Part shown: piece after piece, positions 16,636-25,332 of the stretch
Position numbering within the stretch: position 1 is the stretch's first letter
Layout: each line of letters starts with the position of its first letter
Virus record (IMG/VR): IMGVR_UViG_3300010344_001272
Span: 11,046 to 75,045 of that record
DNA length: 64,000 nucleotides
Reading direction: 5' to 3' (one strand)
DNA from: a virus
Taxonomy: Duplodnaviria; Heunggongvirae; Uroviricota; Caudoviricetes
Made by a program: the position numbers and the translations under genes
The notes under the pieces: model-generated
Seen by the model: the letters and a program-made list of their open reading frames with translations, nothing else
What the model was told of the DNA's origin: nothing
Database searches by the model: none

Positions 16636-16711
16636 GCTCTTTTAGCTCAGACGGTAGAGTACTTCCTTGGTAAGGAAGAGGTCTTGGGTTCGATCCCCAA
16701 AAAGAGCTCCA
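16636..16711 (+). tRNA. tRNA-Thr(GGT), CCA encoded
   Basis: acceptor GCTCTTT/AAAGAGC, anticodon stem CTTCC/GGAAG, loop TTGGTAA, T arm TTGGG-TTCGATC-CCCAA. Confidence 0.85.
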
Positions 16712-16713
16712 AT

Positions 16714-16803
16714 GGATGGGTGGCCGAGTGGTCTATGGCGTTAGTCTTGAAAACTAATGATCGAGTGATTGGTCCGTGGGTTCGAATCCCACCTCATCCG
16801 CCA
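16714..16803 (+). tRNA. tRNA-Ser(TGA), type II, CCA encoded
   Basis: acceptor GGATGGG/CTCATCC, 3-bp D stem GCC/GGC, anticodon stem TTAGT/ACTAA, loop CTTGAAA, long variable arm, T arm GTGGG-TTCGAAT-CCCAC. Confidence 0.8.
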
Positions 16804-16805
16804 AA

Positions 16806-16895
16806 GGAGGTGTAAAGCGTAATTGCGTATCGCCCCGGTCCCGAAAACCGGTTCCGTCGTAAGATGGAGTGTAGGTTCGAGTCCTATCGCCTCCG
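16806..16895 (+). tRNA. tRNA-Ser(CGA), type II
   Basis: acceptor GGAGGTG/CGCCTCC, anticodon stem CCGGT/ACCGG, loop CCCGAAA, variable-arm stem TCCGTC/GATGGA, T arm GTAGG-TTCGAGT-CCTAT. Confidence 0.7.
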
Positions 16896-16901
16896 CAAAG
16901 A

Positions 16902-16974
16902 CCCGATGTGGCGCAACGGTTAGCGCAAGCGGCTTATATCCACGAGGTTGGGGGTTCGAATCCCTCCATCGGGA
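16902..16974 (+). tRNA. 73-nt tRNA with anticodon loop CTTATAT (TAT, Ile/AUA); weak anticodon stem
   Basis: acceptor CCCGATG/CATCGGG 7/7, D arm GCGC-AACGGTTA-GCGC, T arm GGGGG-TTCGAAT-CCCTC; anticodon stem AGCGG/CCACG has two mismatches. Confidence 0.5.
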
Positions 16975-16979
16975 CTATT

Positions 16980-17061
16980 CCGGATGTGGATGAATGGTTT
17001 AGTCACCAGTCTGATACACTGGGTTCTTTGAACAATGTAGGTTCGAGTCCTACCGTCCGGA
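16980..17061 (+). tRNA. 82-nt type-II-like tRNA with anticodon loop CTGATAC (GAT, Ile)
   Basis: acceptor CCGGATG/CGTCCGG, anticodon stem CCAGT/ACTGG 5/5, 14-nt variable arm with GTTC/GAAC stem, T arm GTAGG-TTCGAGT-CCTAC; long variable arm atypical for Ile. Confidence 0.5.
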
Positions 17062-17098
17062 CTAAGTATTTTCTTGAAATAATATGCTGTTGATTTTA

Positions 17099-17115
17099 GA
17101 TATATAAAATAAAAA
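17099..17115 (+). promoter_or_regulatory. T4-late-like promoter motif GATATATAAAATAAAAA
   Basis: 3 nt upstream region of endonuclease paralog. Confidence 0.4.
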
Positions 17116-17117
17116 GA

Positions 17118-17750
17118 ATGGCAAGAAAATCAAGAAAATTTATTTGTGAAAAATGTGGAAATGAATTTGAATCAAAAAGAAAAGATGTTAGATTTTGTTC
17201 TAATAGTTGCAGGGCTTCAATTATAAATATGGGTAGAAAACCATTTAATTTTGTTGAAGGAAAAATTAGATATTGTTTAACATGCGGAAAAAAACTTCAT
17301 CATCAAACTAAAACAGGATATTGTGTTGACCATTATGTAACAGATGATTTTAAAGACAAAATTAGCAAAGGCGTTAAAAAAATAGGTGGGGGCGGATATC
17401 GAAAAAACTCAGGAAGAGGTAAACATGGGTGGTATAAAGGATTTTGGTGTGACAGTAGTTGGGAATTAGCTTGGGTTATTTATAATTTAGATCACGGAAT
17501 AAAATTTGAACGTAATACTAAAGGATTTGAATATATTTTTGAGGAAAAAATTTATAAATATTATCCAGATTTTAAAATATTAAAAGACAATTTGTACATA
17601 GAAATAAAAGGATGGATAGATGAAAAAAACAAAGCAAAAATTTCTCAATTTAAAGGTTTTTTAAAGGTATTATTTAGAAATGACATGAAATATATTTTTG
17701 AATACGTTGAAAATAAATACGGAAAACAATTTATAAAAATGTATGAATAA
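17118..17750 (+). CDS. putative homing-type endonuclease, paralog of 3390-4052
   Basis: N-terminal CEKCGNEFESKRKDVRFCSNSC zinc ribbon and C-terminal YYPDFKILKDNLYIEIKGW block. Confidence 0.4.
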   Translation: MARKSRKFICEKCGNEFESKRKDVRFCSNSCRASIINMGRKPFNFVEGKIRYCLTCGKKLHHQTKTGYCVDHYVTDDFKDKISKGVKKIGGGGYRKNSGRGKHGWYKGFWCDSSWELAWVIYNLDHGIKFERNTKGFEYIFEEKIYKYYPDFKILKDNLYIEIKGWIDEKNKAKISQFKGFLKVLFRNDMKYIFEYVENKYGKQFIKMYE

Positions 17751-17834
17751 CATGGAGAGTTGCCAGAGTGGTCTATCGGGGCAGCCTGCTAAGCTGTTGA
17801 ACGCGATATGTGTTCCGTGAGTTCGAACCTCACA
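17744..17834 (+). tRNA. tRNA-Ser(GCT), type II, CCA encoded
   Basis: acceptor GGAGAGT/ACTCTCC, anticodon stem GCAGC/GCTGT, loop CTGCTAA, T arm GTGAG-TTCGAAC-CTCAC. Confidence 0.8.
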
Positions 17835-17895
17835 CTCTCCGCCACTGAAAACGATGCTAAAGTTATCCCTGTTTTAAGTAGCGGAAGTTTTAGGG

Positions 17896-17982
17896 ATGAC
17901 AAACTGGAGAGTTGGCAGAGTTGGTCTATTGCGGCAGCCTGGAAAGCTGTGATCGAGAGATTGGTCCGTGGGTTCGAATCCC
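17896..17982 (+). tRNA. tRNA-Ser(GGA), type II
   Basis: acceptor GGAGAGT/ACTCTCC, anticodon loop CTGGAAA, T arm GTGGG-TTCGAAT-CCCGC. Confidence 0.8.
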
Positions 17983-18075
17983 GCACTCTCCGCACTTGGT
18001 GTAATCACGGAACGAACCGTGTCTTTGGAAATGGCCACCAAAGAAGCATTTGATGTTGATGCAGCCTTGGTATAC

Positions 18076-18140
18076 GGTGGTATTAGTGTTAACGGTTAGC
18101 ACGCAAGTCTGTGGAACTTGTAGTGAAGGGTTCGAATCCC
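18076..18140 (+). tRNA. tRNA-His(GTG) with encoded G-1 opposite C73
   Basis: G-1 then acceptor GTGGTAT/ATACCAC 7/7, D arm GTGT-TAACGGTTA-GCAC, anticodon stem CAAGT/ACTTG, loop CTGTGGA; T stem only 3 clean pairs. Confidence 0.75.
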
Positions 18141-18178
18141 ACATACCACCAAATGGACAAAATTGTCCCTTCTAGACT

Positions 18179-18195
18179 GGATATATAAATAAACT
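18179..18195 (+). promoter_or_regulatory. T4-late-like promoter motif GGATATATAAATAAACT
   Basis: 8 nt upstream of GIY-YIG gene. Confidence 0.4.
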
Positions 18196-18203
18196 ATATA
18201 TCC

Positions 18204-18848
18204 ATGTCTAGAAGTAAAATAAAATTTCATTATATTTATAAAACAACCTGTTCTATAACAAATAGATATTATTATGGAATGCATTCTACTTATAATATTG
18301 ATGACGAATATTTAGGTTCAGGAAAAAGATTAAGATATTCCATAAGAAAATATGGAAAAGAAAATCATAAAAAAGAAATAATTGAATTTTGTAAAGATAA
18401 ATTAGAATTAAAGGAGAAAGAATTTAAAATAATAAATGAAGAATTATTGAATGATCCATTATGTATGAATTTACAGCCTGGTGGTGGAGGGGGATGGAGT
18501 AGTGAAATGCAAAGTCAAAATGGTATTAGAGGCAATGTCAGAATGAAATGGTTAAGGGAAAATGATGAAGATTGGAAAAATAAATTATCGATTAAACACT
18601 CTAATTATATGATAAATTCTTATAAAAATGGAACCAGAATTCCAAATCCCCCAAATTGGACAGGAAGAAAACATAAAGAAGAAACTAAACAAAAAATAGG
18701 TTTTTCAAATTCAATAAAACAACTTGGACAAAAAAATTCACAATATGGAACTCATTGGATAACAAACGGAGTTCAAAATAAAAAAATTAATAAAAATTGT
18801 GATATTCCTGATGAATGGTACTTAGGTAGAATTGTTAAAAAATGTTAA
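18204..18848 (+). CDS. GIY-YIG homing endonuclease (paralog of 5730)
   Basis: KIKFHYIYKTTCSITNRYYYGMHST...EYLGSGKRLRYSIRKYG. Confidence 0.75.
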   Translation: MSRSKIKFHYIYKTTCSITNRYYYGMHSTYNIDDEYLGSGKRLRYSIRKYGKENHKKEIIEFCKDKLELKEKEFKIINEELLNDPLCMNLQPGGGGGWSSEMQSQNGIRGNVRMKWLRENDEDWKNKLSIKHSNYMINSYKNGTRIPNPPNWTGRKHKEETKQKIGFSNSIKQLGQKNSQYGTHWITNGVQNKKINKNCDIPDEWYLGRIVKKC

Positions 18849-18925
18849 TTTAATGCTAAAACAGTAAAAAATATTTTTTAGTCTCATAAGTATTTATTAT
18901 ATTTGCTGTATAAACACACACTTAT

Positions 18926-19183
18926 ATGAGACAAATTATTTCAAATAGGTTAATAAAAGAAGAAATGGAGAAGCCCGTAAAATCATCTTATAAAGACGTT
19001 GGTACATGCCTCCGTTATAAAGGTAAACAATCAATTATGCGTTCCAAGTTCAAAACGGCTAAGGATGCCCAGAATTACTTTGAAAAACTTCTTTCCATTG
19101 GGGTAATAAATCCATCATATGTAGTATATAAGTGCCCTGAATGTCACATGTGGCATGTTGGCTTAAAAGAATGGTCTGAATAA
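18926..19183 (+). CDS. small zinc-ribbon protein
   Basis: VVYKCPECHMWH motif shared with 6364 ORF. Confidence 0.3.
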   Translation: MRQIISNRLIKEEMEKPVKSSYKDVGTCLRYKGKQSIMRSKFKTAKDAQNYFEKLLSIGVINPSYVVYKCPECHMWHVGLKEWSE

Positions 19184-19203
19184 TAATTTAATACACACAC
19201 GTC

Positions 19204-19389
19204 ATGAACAAACAGATGTTAAAGGAAGCTGGATTCGACAGAGAAGTAAAGCTTATTGAAGAAGGAAAATGCCCTTGTTGTGAAGAAGTTATCAACGAAG
19301 CTGATTTCAGAGATGAACTTTCCAAAAAGGAATTTCATGTAAGTGGAATGTGTCAGTCCTGCCAGGATTCAGTTTTCGGAAAAGAATAA
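19204..19389 (+). CDS. small zinc-ribbon protein
   Basis: CPCC ... CQSC pairs. Confidence 0.3.
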   Translation: MNKQMLKEAGFDREVKLIEEGKCPCCEEVINEADFRDELSKKEFHVSGMCQSCQDSVFGKE

Positions 19390-19393
19390 AATT

Positions 19394-19942
19394 ATGAGTT
19401 TTAAACTTGAGCCCAAAAAACCTGAAGAAATTGTTGATGGGTTAAGGGAATTACCTACCGATGACATATTTTCAAAAATCAGTAAGGACCCTAAATCACC
19501 ATTCAACATTTTTCTTTCTTTAGCTCTCAAGGATCGTTATGAACAACGACCAATTGAAGAGAAGCATTTGACTTTTGATCAGTGGCGGAATCTTTATATG
19601 CTACGTCAAGAAAAAGAAAAGGATGTAGAAAAAAAGAGAGATCGCATGAGAATGATTATGGACCGGTTAAACAGAACTACATCAGAAGTCAAAAAGAAAA
19701 ACAAAGCTCTTTATCAACATTTGCAAGACAGCATTCCTGAAATGTTCAAGCAAATGAGTACTAAGCAACTCTTAGATTTACGTTATAGGTATTATTATCC
19801 GGGATATTATGATGCCTCAGAAGTAAATAAAGATTTACTTTATGCTGAATTAGCAAATCGTCCTCATGTCAAAAATAAAAGTGACCGCAAGGAAGTGTTT
19901 ACAAAGAAAGAAAAGAAGAAGATGAAATTCAAAAATAAATGA
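19394..19942 (+). CDS. hypothetical basic protein
   Basis: first ATG after previous stop (MSFKLEPKKPEE...). Confidence 0.35.
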   Translation: MSFKLEPKKPEEIVDGLRELPTDDIFSKISKDPKSPFNIFLSLALKDRYEQRPIEEKHLTFDQWRNLYMLRQEKEKDVEKKRDRMRMIMDRLNRTTSEVKKKNKALYQHLQDSIPEMFKQMSTKQLLDLRYRYYYPGYYDASEVNKDLLYAELANRPHVKNKSDRKEVFTKKEKKKMKFKNK

Positions 19943-20157
19943 AAGCATTTGAAGCCAAAGCTGCTAAAACTATTTCGCTAATAAAAAACTCTAATCCTTT
20001 TGGTAGAAAAAATTTTCGCGTTAAAATAGGGGCTATTAAAAAAGGAGATACCATTACAGTAGCTCAATCAGGAGATGAGTATTTTCTTTGGCATGATGCG
20101 ATCTATACACTCGATAAAAAATACATTGGAGAAAAAATAAGAGATTTATCAAAATGA
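19939..20157 (+). CDS. hypothetical protein
   Basis: 72-aa ORF. Confidence 0.3.
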   Translation: MKAFEAKAAKTISLIKNSNPFGRKNFRVKIGAIKKGDTITVAQSGDEYFLWHDAIYTLDKKYIGEKIRDLSK

Positions 20158-20813
20158 TGGCTGAAACAGGAATAATTAAAGAAGTTGTTGAACAAGAAGA
20201 TGGTTTTAGTGTTGGTCTTCCTGGAAGTGGATTTTTCTTAAGTAAAGAATGGGGTGTTACTCCAAAAGTTGGAGATAAAATTACTCTACATACAACACAA
20301 GGTAGCTTAATTCGTGGTGTTTTTTTGAATGATAGAAAGGTGTTTTATAAATCAGATGAAGACCTTGACAATGACCATAAAAAATGGGTTGCTGAATATC
20401 ATCGAAAACAAGAAGAAGACTACAAAAAATATAAAGACAAATATGATGAACAATATCAAAGTCTTCCTCCTGAGTTTAAACAAAGAATTGATAACTTTCG
20501 AAAAAATAATGAAAGATTTTGTTATGAACTTGAACCTTATGAATTATTTTGTTGTACTCAAGCCGTTCTCATTGCTAACACTCTAAAAACGACTGACAAA
20601 ATTAAAGAATTTTCAGAAAGCAGTGACAGGTGGAATTATGTTCCGGACTTAGATAAAGGGCATTCAGGAAATACTTTAGGCGCTGCTACACAATTAGCAT
20701 ATTGGTACTTGCAACAGCCTGGAGCCATTGCAAGAATTCCAGGTTCTTTATCTCCATTAGTTGGAAGTAAAGCATATGAAGAAAAGAACAAACGTAAAAA
20801 ACTTTCCAAATGA
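20154..20813 (+). CDS. hypothetical protein
   Basis: 219-aa ORF. Confidence 0.35.
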   Translation: MMAETGIIKEVVEQEDGFSVGLPGSGFFLSKEWGVTPKVGDKITLHTTQGSLIRGVFLNDRKVFYKSDEDLDNDHKKWVAEYHRKQEEDYKKYKDKYDEQYQSLPPEFKQRIDNFRKNNERFCYELEPYELFCCTQAVLIANTLKTTDKIKEFSESSDRWNYVPDLDKGHSGNTLGAATQLAYWYLQQPGAIARIPGSLSPLVGSKAYEEKNKRKKLSK

Positions 20814-20910
20814 GTAAGCTTAAAGAATTCCGTGAATGGTGTAACAGATATTTAGAGAAACAGGCTATCATTGAAAGACGAGAAAATATAAAAAAAGAAA
20901 AAATTAAACA

Positions 20911-21318
20911 ATGGGAAAACAAACAAGAAAAAATAGCGCTCGCTTTATACTCAGATTACACTCAGTGATTGATGTCATAACAAATTCAAGTACTGAATTG
21001 TTTATCATTGATAAAGAAAAAGGACTTCAATATGTTCAAGAAATTGTTAATGAAGCTTTAAAGAAATTTCCGCCAAAATATGGAGAACATATTCCGTATG
21101 TATCTATTGAAAATCCAGAATATTATGATGGAAATTGTGGAATTTTTGATAGTCAAGATGCTATTAAACATCTTGAAAGCAGAGGGTATAAAGTAATACC
21201 CCCTGAAGTTCCGCAAGAACCTGAAGCTATTATTATATCATGGGAAAGGGGATATATGAGTGAAGGCTTCATAAATTATATTTCGAATGTATTTGGAGTA
21301 GAACCTACATATAATTAA
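20911..21318 (+). CDS. member of the IDVITNSSTE(L/I)F-motif family
   Basis: LHSVIDVITNSSTELFIIDKEKG near N-terminus; four more paralogs at 29.0-31.1 kb. Confidence 0.4.
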   Translation: MGKQTRKNSARFILRLHSVIDVITNSSTELFIIDKEKGLQYVQEIVNEALKKFPPKYGEHIPYVSIENPEYYDGNCGIFDSQDAIKHLESRGYKVIPPEVPQEPEAIIISWERGYMSEGFINYISNVFGVEPTYN

Positions 21319-21320
21319 TT

Positions 21321-21995
21321 ATGGGACTTGATATTTGCCTTTATAAGATTCAGCCATTAAATGGTCGCGATCCTGAAAAAATAAGGGAAGAAGAATATGC
21401 TAACACTACAAATTTACATGTTCATTACATTGACGAAGAGCTGAATAAAGATTTCGTAGAATTCTTTAAGGATTTTATTTTTGAATCGAAGGAATCTGTG
21501 TATGATCTTGAAGGATTATTGGCTGAACAGGGGTATACATGGGAAGCCATTGATCGAAGAGATGATGACTATTCTTATCGAGATGATGACTTTCACCCAG
21601 GTGATTTTCAATTTATTATGAAGGATGGCAAGGTTCTTACATTCAATAATGCTCGAACCATTATGCAACCATATAAAGGTTGTCTTTGCGAAGAAGTTGG
21701 TTATCAAAGAAAAGGTGCCAATCGGTCATTTTATGCCGATGGGATGTGGGACAGCGCCGATGTTTTTAAAATGGAAACTCTTTTAGAACATTGGGAAAAA
21801 TACTTTTCAGGAGAAGGAAATGTCAAAGGAGAGGGTGGAATAAAAATCCGGGAAGGAAAGGTATCTGTTGAAGAAGGAGTTCCATGGGGATTTGGTGTTG
21901 AATATGACAACACTGCTGAAGAAAATAAAGCGAGATTCAAAGAAAATATTATCGATAATTTTGTTCAAGGAGAAACCTTTGTAGTATATTGTTGA
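21321..21995 (+). CDS. hypothetical acidic protein
   Basis: 224-aa ORF. Confidence 0.35.
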   Translation: MGLDICLYKIQPLNGRDPEKIREEEYANTTNLHVHYIDEELNKDFVEFFKDFIFESKESVYDLEGLLAEQGYTWEAIDRRDDDYSYRDDDFHPGDFQFIMKDGKVLTFNNARTIMQPYKGCLCEEVGYQRKGANRSFYADGMWDSADVFKMETLLEHWEKYFSGEGNVKGEGGIKIREGKVSVEEGVPWGFGVEYDNTAEENKARFKENIIDNFVQGETFVVYC

Positions 21996-21996
21996 T

Positions 21997-22335
21997 ATGA
22001 GTGACGAACATGAAGATCAAATATTTGTAAGAAATCACTTTACAGACTTTGAAAAACTTCTTTTTGCACAAGATGAAATAAAACAATTAAAAAAGAACAA
22101 TTCAGAATTAAGTGTTGAAGTTGGAAAGTGTCAATCTTACATAACTGAACTTGAAGAAACTATTCGGCAATTAAATTCCAATCCAAGATCAGAAGAAGAA
22201 AAAAAGGAGTTAAGAAAGTTACAATATAACGAAGAACTTTTGAGACTAAATAAACAATTAATGGAAAAGTGCCGCAAATTAAAAAAGGACAACGACGAAT
22301 TAATTTATAAATTGTGTAAAAATGAAAACAGGTAA
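21997..22335 (+). CDS. hypothetical coiled-coil protein
   Basis: heptad-rich 112-aa ORF. Confidence 0.35.
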   Translation: MSDEHEDQIFVRNHFTDFEKLLFAQDEIKQLKKNNSELSVEVGKCQSYITELEETIRQLNSNPRSEEEKKELRKLQYNEELLRLNKQLMEKCRKLKKDNDELIYKLCKNENR

Positions 22336-22936
22336 TACGAGGGCAATTTGCAAAAAAGGCAAGCATGGCATGACCAAGCACGGAGTTTACTCATATAAAA
22401 ATGGAACGATTGTTTCCATTCGGTGTTTAGAATGTGCGAAAGAACAAAAAAATATTCGTCGGCAAAACAAAGAAAAATATGAACATGACAAAGCATATTC
22501 TAAACAATGGCATAAAGATAACAAAGATAAACTTCGCCAGAAACGTAGTGTTTTGAGAACCAAAGAACAAGAACAAAGAAAAAGAAGAGTTGAAAATTAT
22601 TTTAAGGAAATGAAACCTGAAATAATGAGACTATTAAAAACTCTCGAATCTACGTTGACCTTTAAGCAAATAAAAAGCCACTGTTATCGTTTTAACATCA
22701 CTTCTATTTATAAAATAAAAGAATTCATTATAAACAACAAAAGAAGTCAATTATTGGATCGTGAAGCATACATGCAATCATATGTTGTGAAATATGCATG
22801 GGGAATTGCCGGCAATGGATTTAATAATTATTCTTCATTGCCTGAACGAACAAAAGAAAAAATAAGAAAGGAATACAAGGATAAGGCCAAAAATATTGTA
22901 AATAAAAAAATGGTCGAACTTTGTGCTAATATTTAA
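22322..22936 (+). CDS. hypothetical K-rich protein with zinc-finger-like Cys pairs
   Basis: 204-aa ORF. Confidence 0.35.
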   Translation: MKTGNTRAICKKGKHGMTKHGVYSYKNGTIVSIRCLECAKEQKNIRRQNKEKYEHDKAYSKQWHKDNKDKLRQKRSVLRTKEQEQRKRRVENYFKEMKPEIMRLLKTLESTLTFKQIKSHCYRFNITSIYKIKEFIINNKRSQLLDREAYMQSYVVKYAWGIAGNGFNNYSSLPERTKEKIRKEYKDKAKNIVNKKMVELCANI

Positions 22937-22945
22937 AAAATTGTT

Positions 22946-22953
22946 TATATTTG
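22946..22953 (+). promoter_or_regulatory. Bacteroidetes-type -7 box TATATTTG upstream of GC-rich ncRNA candidate
   Basis: matches TAnnTTTG consensus. Confidence 0.3.
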
Positions 22954-22957
22954 TTCT

Positions 22958-23150
22958 TTAAATAACTAAGAGGACTTGTCGCTTCGCAAGAAGAGGAACT
23001 TCAGGACATCTCTGCTAAATGCGGGAGGGCTAAACCCCGATACTACCGCAGAGGATGCGAGCCAAACAGACCGAGGCGGAAAGCAGGCCAATGAGGTCGG
23101 GTTGGTGCTTAGAGAAATGACGAGATAAAACAGAATCCTGGGTACGCTCA
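22958..23150 (+). ncRNA. candidate structured ncRNA (unclassified): about 190-nt GC-rich ORF-free island
   Basis: roughly 50% GC versus about 30% background, no ORF on + strand, several short hairpins including CTTC-GCAA-GAAG tetraloop and GGG-CTAAA-CCC. Confidence 0.4.
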
Positions 23151-23172
23151 AGTTATTTTTAAAAATATTTTT

Positions 23173-23457
23173 ATGGCAGAAAATAGAGGTAATCGAAATC
23201 GAAGAACTTCCCTAGAACAATTAGAGAAGTTTCCATTGTCCGAAGAGGAAAAAATTAATTATTTTAGAATTGCTTTGGGACTTCAAAAAATTGGAGTTGA
23301 CAATGAAATGGCAGACCGCATCATACAAACATATGAAGCGGTAACTCATTTAGGAGGAAATTTCAGTATTCATGATGCCGTTGATATAGAATTATCTCTT
23401 GATCGAAAATATCGTAAAAAAGATGTTGTCGTAAGGGCTGAACCAGATGTACAATGA
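23173..23457 (+). CDS. hypothetical protein
   Basis: 94-aa ORF. Confidence 0.3.
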   Translation: MAENRGNRNRRTSLEQLEKFPLSEEEKINYFRIALGLQKIGVDNEMADRIIQTYEAVTHLGGNFSIHDAVDIELSLDRKYRKKDVVVRAEPDVQ

Positions 23458-23732
23458 GTGCATTTTCTAAACTAAAAGATTATATTAATTCTATACCAAT
23501 AGGAGAAACAGTTTATAGGAAAGAATTAATTAGATGTTTGAATTCATCAAGTTTAGATTTGTATCGTAGAAGATTGTCTTTATTAGGTTATATTTCTGAA
23601 GGAGAAGGAGATGGATCGTATAAAAAATTGAAACAAATTCCAGATGATTTAAAAACTTCTGACCTGGAATCAGCTTATAAGAATAAAAGATTTAAATTAA
23701 AGAAAAATGCCAGAATTAAGAAGAGTATCTGA
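23454..23732 (+). CDS. hypothetical protein
   Basis: 92-aa ORF. Confidence 0.3.
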   Translation: MSAFSKLKDYINSIPIGETVYRKELIRCLNSSSLDLYRRRLSLLGYISEGEGDGSYKKLKQIPDDLKTSDLESAYKNKRFKLKKNARIKKSI

Positions 23733-24030
23733 TGGGGCAGGAGATGCCGGTTCAATGGTTGATGCCATTGCATGGAATGAAGATGGAACATTTAAAGAAA
23801 TTGCCGGTCATAAACCAATGATCGGTTGTTCTCTTAAAGTTGGTAGTCCATTTGCAAGATCATATTCCAATCAAGATTGGTGGATGACTACTCCTATAAC
23901 CGAAATTATCGAGGATATTGAAAAGGAAGATGGACATTATGTTCGCTTTAAAACTCAAAATAGCGAATATGAATATTTTTCGGGAAATGCCTCTTTATGG
24001 GCAAAAACAAAGAAACGAATAAAGAAATGA
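23707..24030 (+). CDS. hypothetical protein
   Basis: 107-aa ORF. Confidence 0.3.
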   Translation: MPELRRVSDGAGDAGSMVDAIAWNEDGTFKEIAGHKPMIGCSLKVGSPFARSYSNQDWWMTTPITEIIEDIEKEDGHYVRFKTQNSEYEYFSGNASLWAKTKKRIKK

Positions 24031-24434
24031 AATATTGGGTATTGTCTGCATTACTATTATTTTCAATGAGTTTGTTTTCACAAACTTATGATAGTTTTGT
24101 AGCATATTCACCGACATATGAAAGTACTGTTGAATCCAAAGAAACTACTATTTCCATAAAAGAAGATAAAAATTCCATTACATTTTATAATGCAACATAT
24201 GATGGAGAGGTTACGAATCTTAGAATAGATTCCGTTAAAACGAAATATTGGACCTATGAATTGGGAGAAGTAAAAACTTTCTTCTGTACGGATTTAGATG
24301 AGGATATGATGATTATTGTATTAGATTTAATAAATCTGAAAAATACAATAAAACTTATTTATATTTGGGATGAAATATCTATAGAAGAATATTCATTTAT
24401 AGTTAAAAAAGATGAAAGCAGAATTACAAAATAA
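23997..24434 (+). CDS. secreted hypothetical protein
   Basis: signal peptide after N-terminal K-rich stretch. Confidence 0.35.
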   Translation: MGKNKETNKEMKYWVLSALLLFSMSLFSQTYDSFVAYSPTYESTVESKETTISIKEDKNSITFYNATYDGEVTNLRIDSVKTKYWTYELGEVKTFFCTDLDEDMMIIVLDLINLKNTIKLIYIWDEISIEEYSFIVKKDESRITK

Positions 24435-24894
24435 ACTCGTAAGTAAATATCCAGAATTTTTTGAATATTTGAAGGAGAATGAAACTCCTATGATTGATCC
24501 TTCACAACCCGTTATACACGAGGTTGAAAAATTATTAAATCAAGAGAAAATAGTTCTTCCAATGCAGTTTGGAATTGAATGCGGAAATGGCTGGTATTGG
24601 TTGTTAGATCAATTAATGGACACAATTTATTCTTATTGTAAAAACAATAATAAACCTATTCCGCATGTTTCTCAGATAAAGGAAAAATGGGGAGGTCTTT
24701 GTTTTTATGCAGGTGGAGATCAAATGATTCATGGCATGATATGGCTTGCAGAACACATGTCATATAGCATATGTGAAACCTGTGGAACAAACAAAAATGT
24801 GGGCCAAACCGAAGGGTGGGTTTACACTATCTGCAAAGATTGCTATGAAAAAAACGAAAGAGCAAAAAACTTAAACTTTAAACTTAGAACATAA
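24412..24894 (+). CDS. hypothetical Cys-rich protein
   Basis: 160-aa ORF. Confidence 0.35.
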   Translation: MKAELQNKLVSKYPEFFEYLKENETPMIDPSQPVIHEVEKLLNQEKIVLPMQFGIECGNGWYWLLDQLMDTIYSYCKNNNKPIPHVSQIKEKWGGLCFYAGGDQMIHGMIWLAEHMSYSICETCGTNKNVGQTEGWVYTICKDCYEKNERAKNLNFKLRT

Positions 24895-25103
24895 TGGCAG
24901 AATCAAAAGCAGCAGCTTCAGGTGGCGTATCATTAGCAACTGTATTAGTTGCTATATTTGTGGTTCTTAAATTAACCCATGTTATTGATTGGTCTTGGTG
25001 GTGGGTATTCTCACCTTGGTGGATTGGGCTTGCGATATTCATAGGAGTATTAGCAATAATCGGTCTAATTGCTGGAATAGTATTAATTTTTAAAAACTTG
25101 TGA
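24894..25103 (+). CDS. small two-helix membrane protein (holin-like topology)
   Basis: 69 aa, two hydrophobic helices, W-rich. Confidence 0.35.
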   Translation: MAESKAAASGGVSLATVLVAIFVVLKLTHVIDWSWWWVFSPWWIGLAIFIGVLAIIGLIAGIVLIFKNL

Positions 25104-25104
25104 A

Positions 25105-25332
25105 ATGAGTAAAGTAACTACCTATGAAAGACTTCCAGAAAGTCTTGGAGGATTTGAAGTTGAAGTATTTTGGGAACTCGGCGATCAATATGATGACGCT
25201 GGTGATGGTCATTGCTTCTTCTATCATGCAGATGGTTATTCTCCATCAGGATATAGATTCTCTGGATCAGCCAGTGTCGTTGATGAAGAATGGGACTCTG
25301 TTGAAGATGTTGAATTTGAAGGAGAAGAATGA
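25105..25332 (+). CDS. small highly acidic protein
   Basis: 75 aa, D/E-rich. Confidence 0.3.
   Translation: MSKVTTYERLPESLGGFEVEVFWELGDQYDDAGDGHCFFYHADGYSPSGYRFSGSASVVDEEWDSVEDVEFEGEE

Noticed and set aside
16908-17093. 61-aa plus-strand ORF
   Set aside because: Lies entirely over two well-folding tRNA genes; GC-driven artefact.
17789-18144. ORFs 17789-17995 (-), 17808-18053 (+), 17926-18144 (-)
   Set aside because: All overlap the Ser/Ser/His tRNA block; no coding signal beyond open frame.
22958-23150. SRP (4.5S) RNA identity for the GC-rich island
   Set aside because: GGAA/AGCAG resemblance to domain IV exists but the tetraloop lacks a proper closing pair and no Alu or helix-5 equivalents fold; left unclassified.
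22966-23151. minus-strand 61-aa ORF inside the GC-rich island
   Set aside because: Open frame created by GC-rich composition; region better explained as structured RNA.
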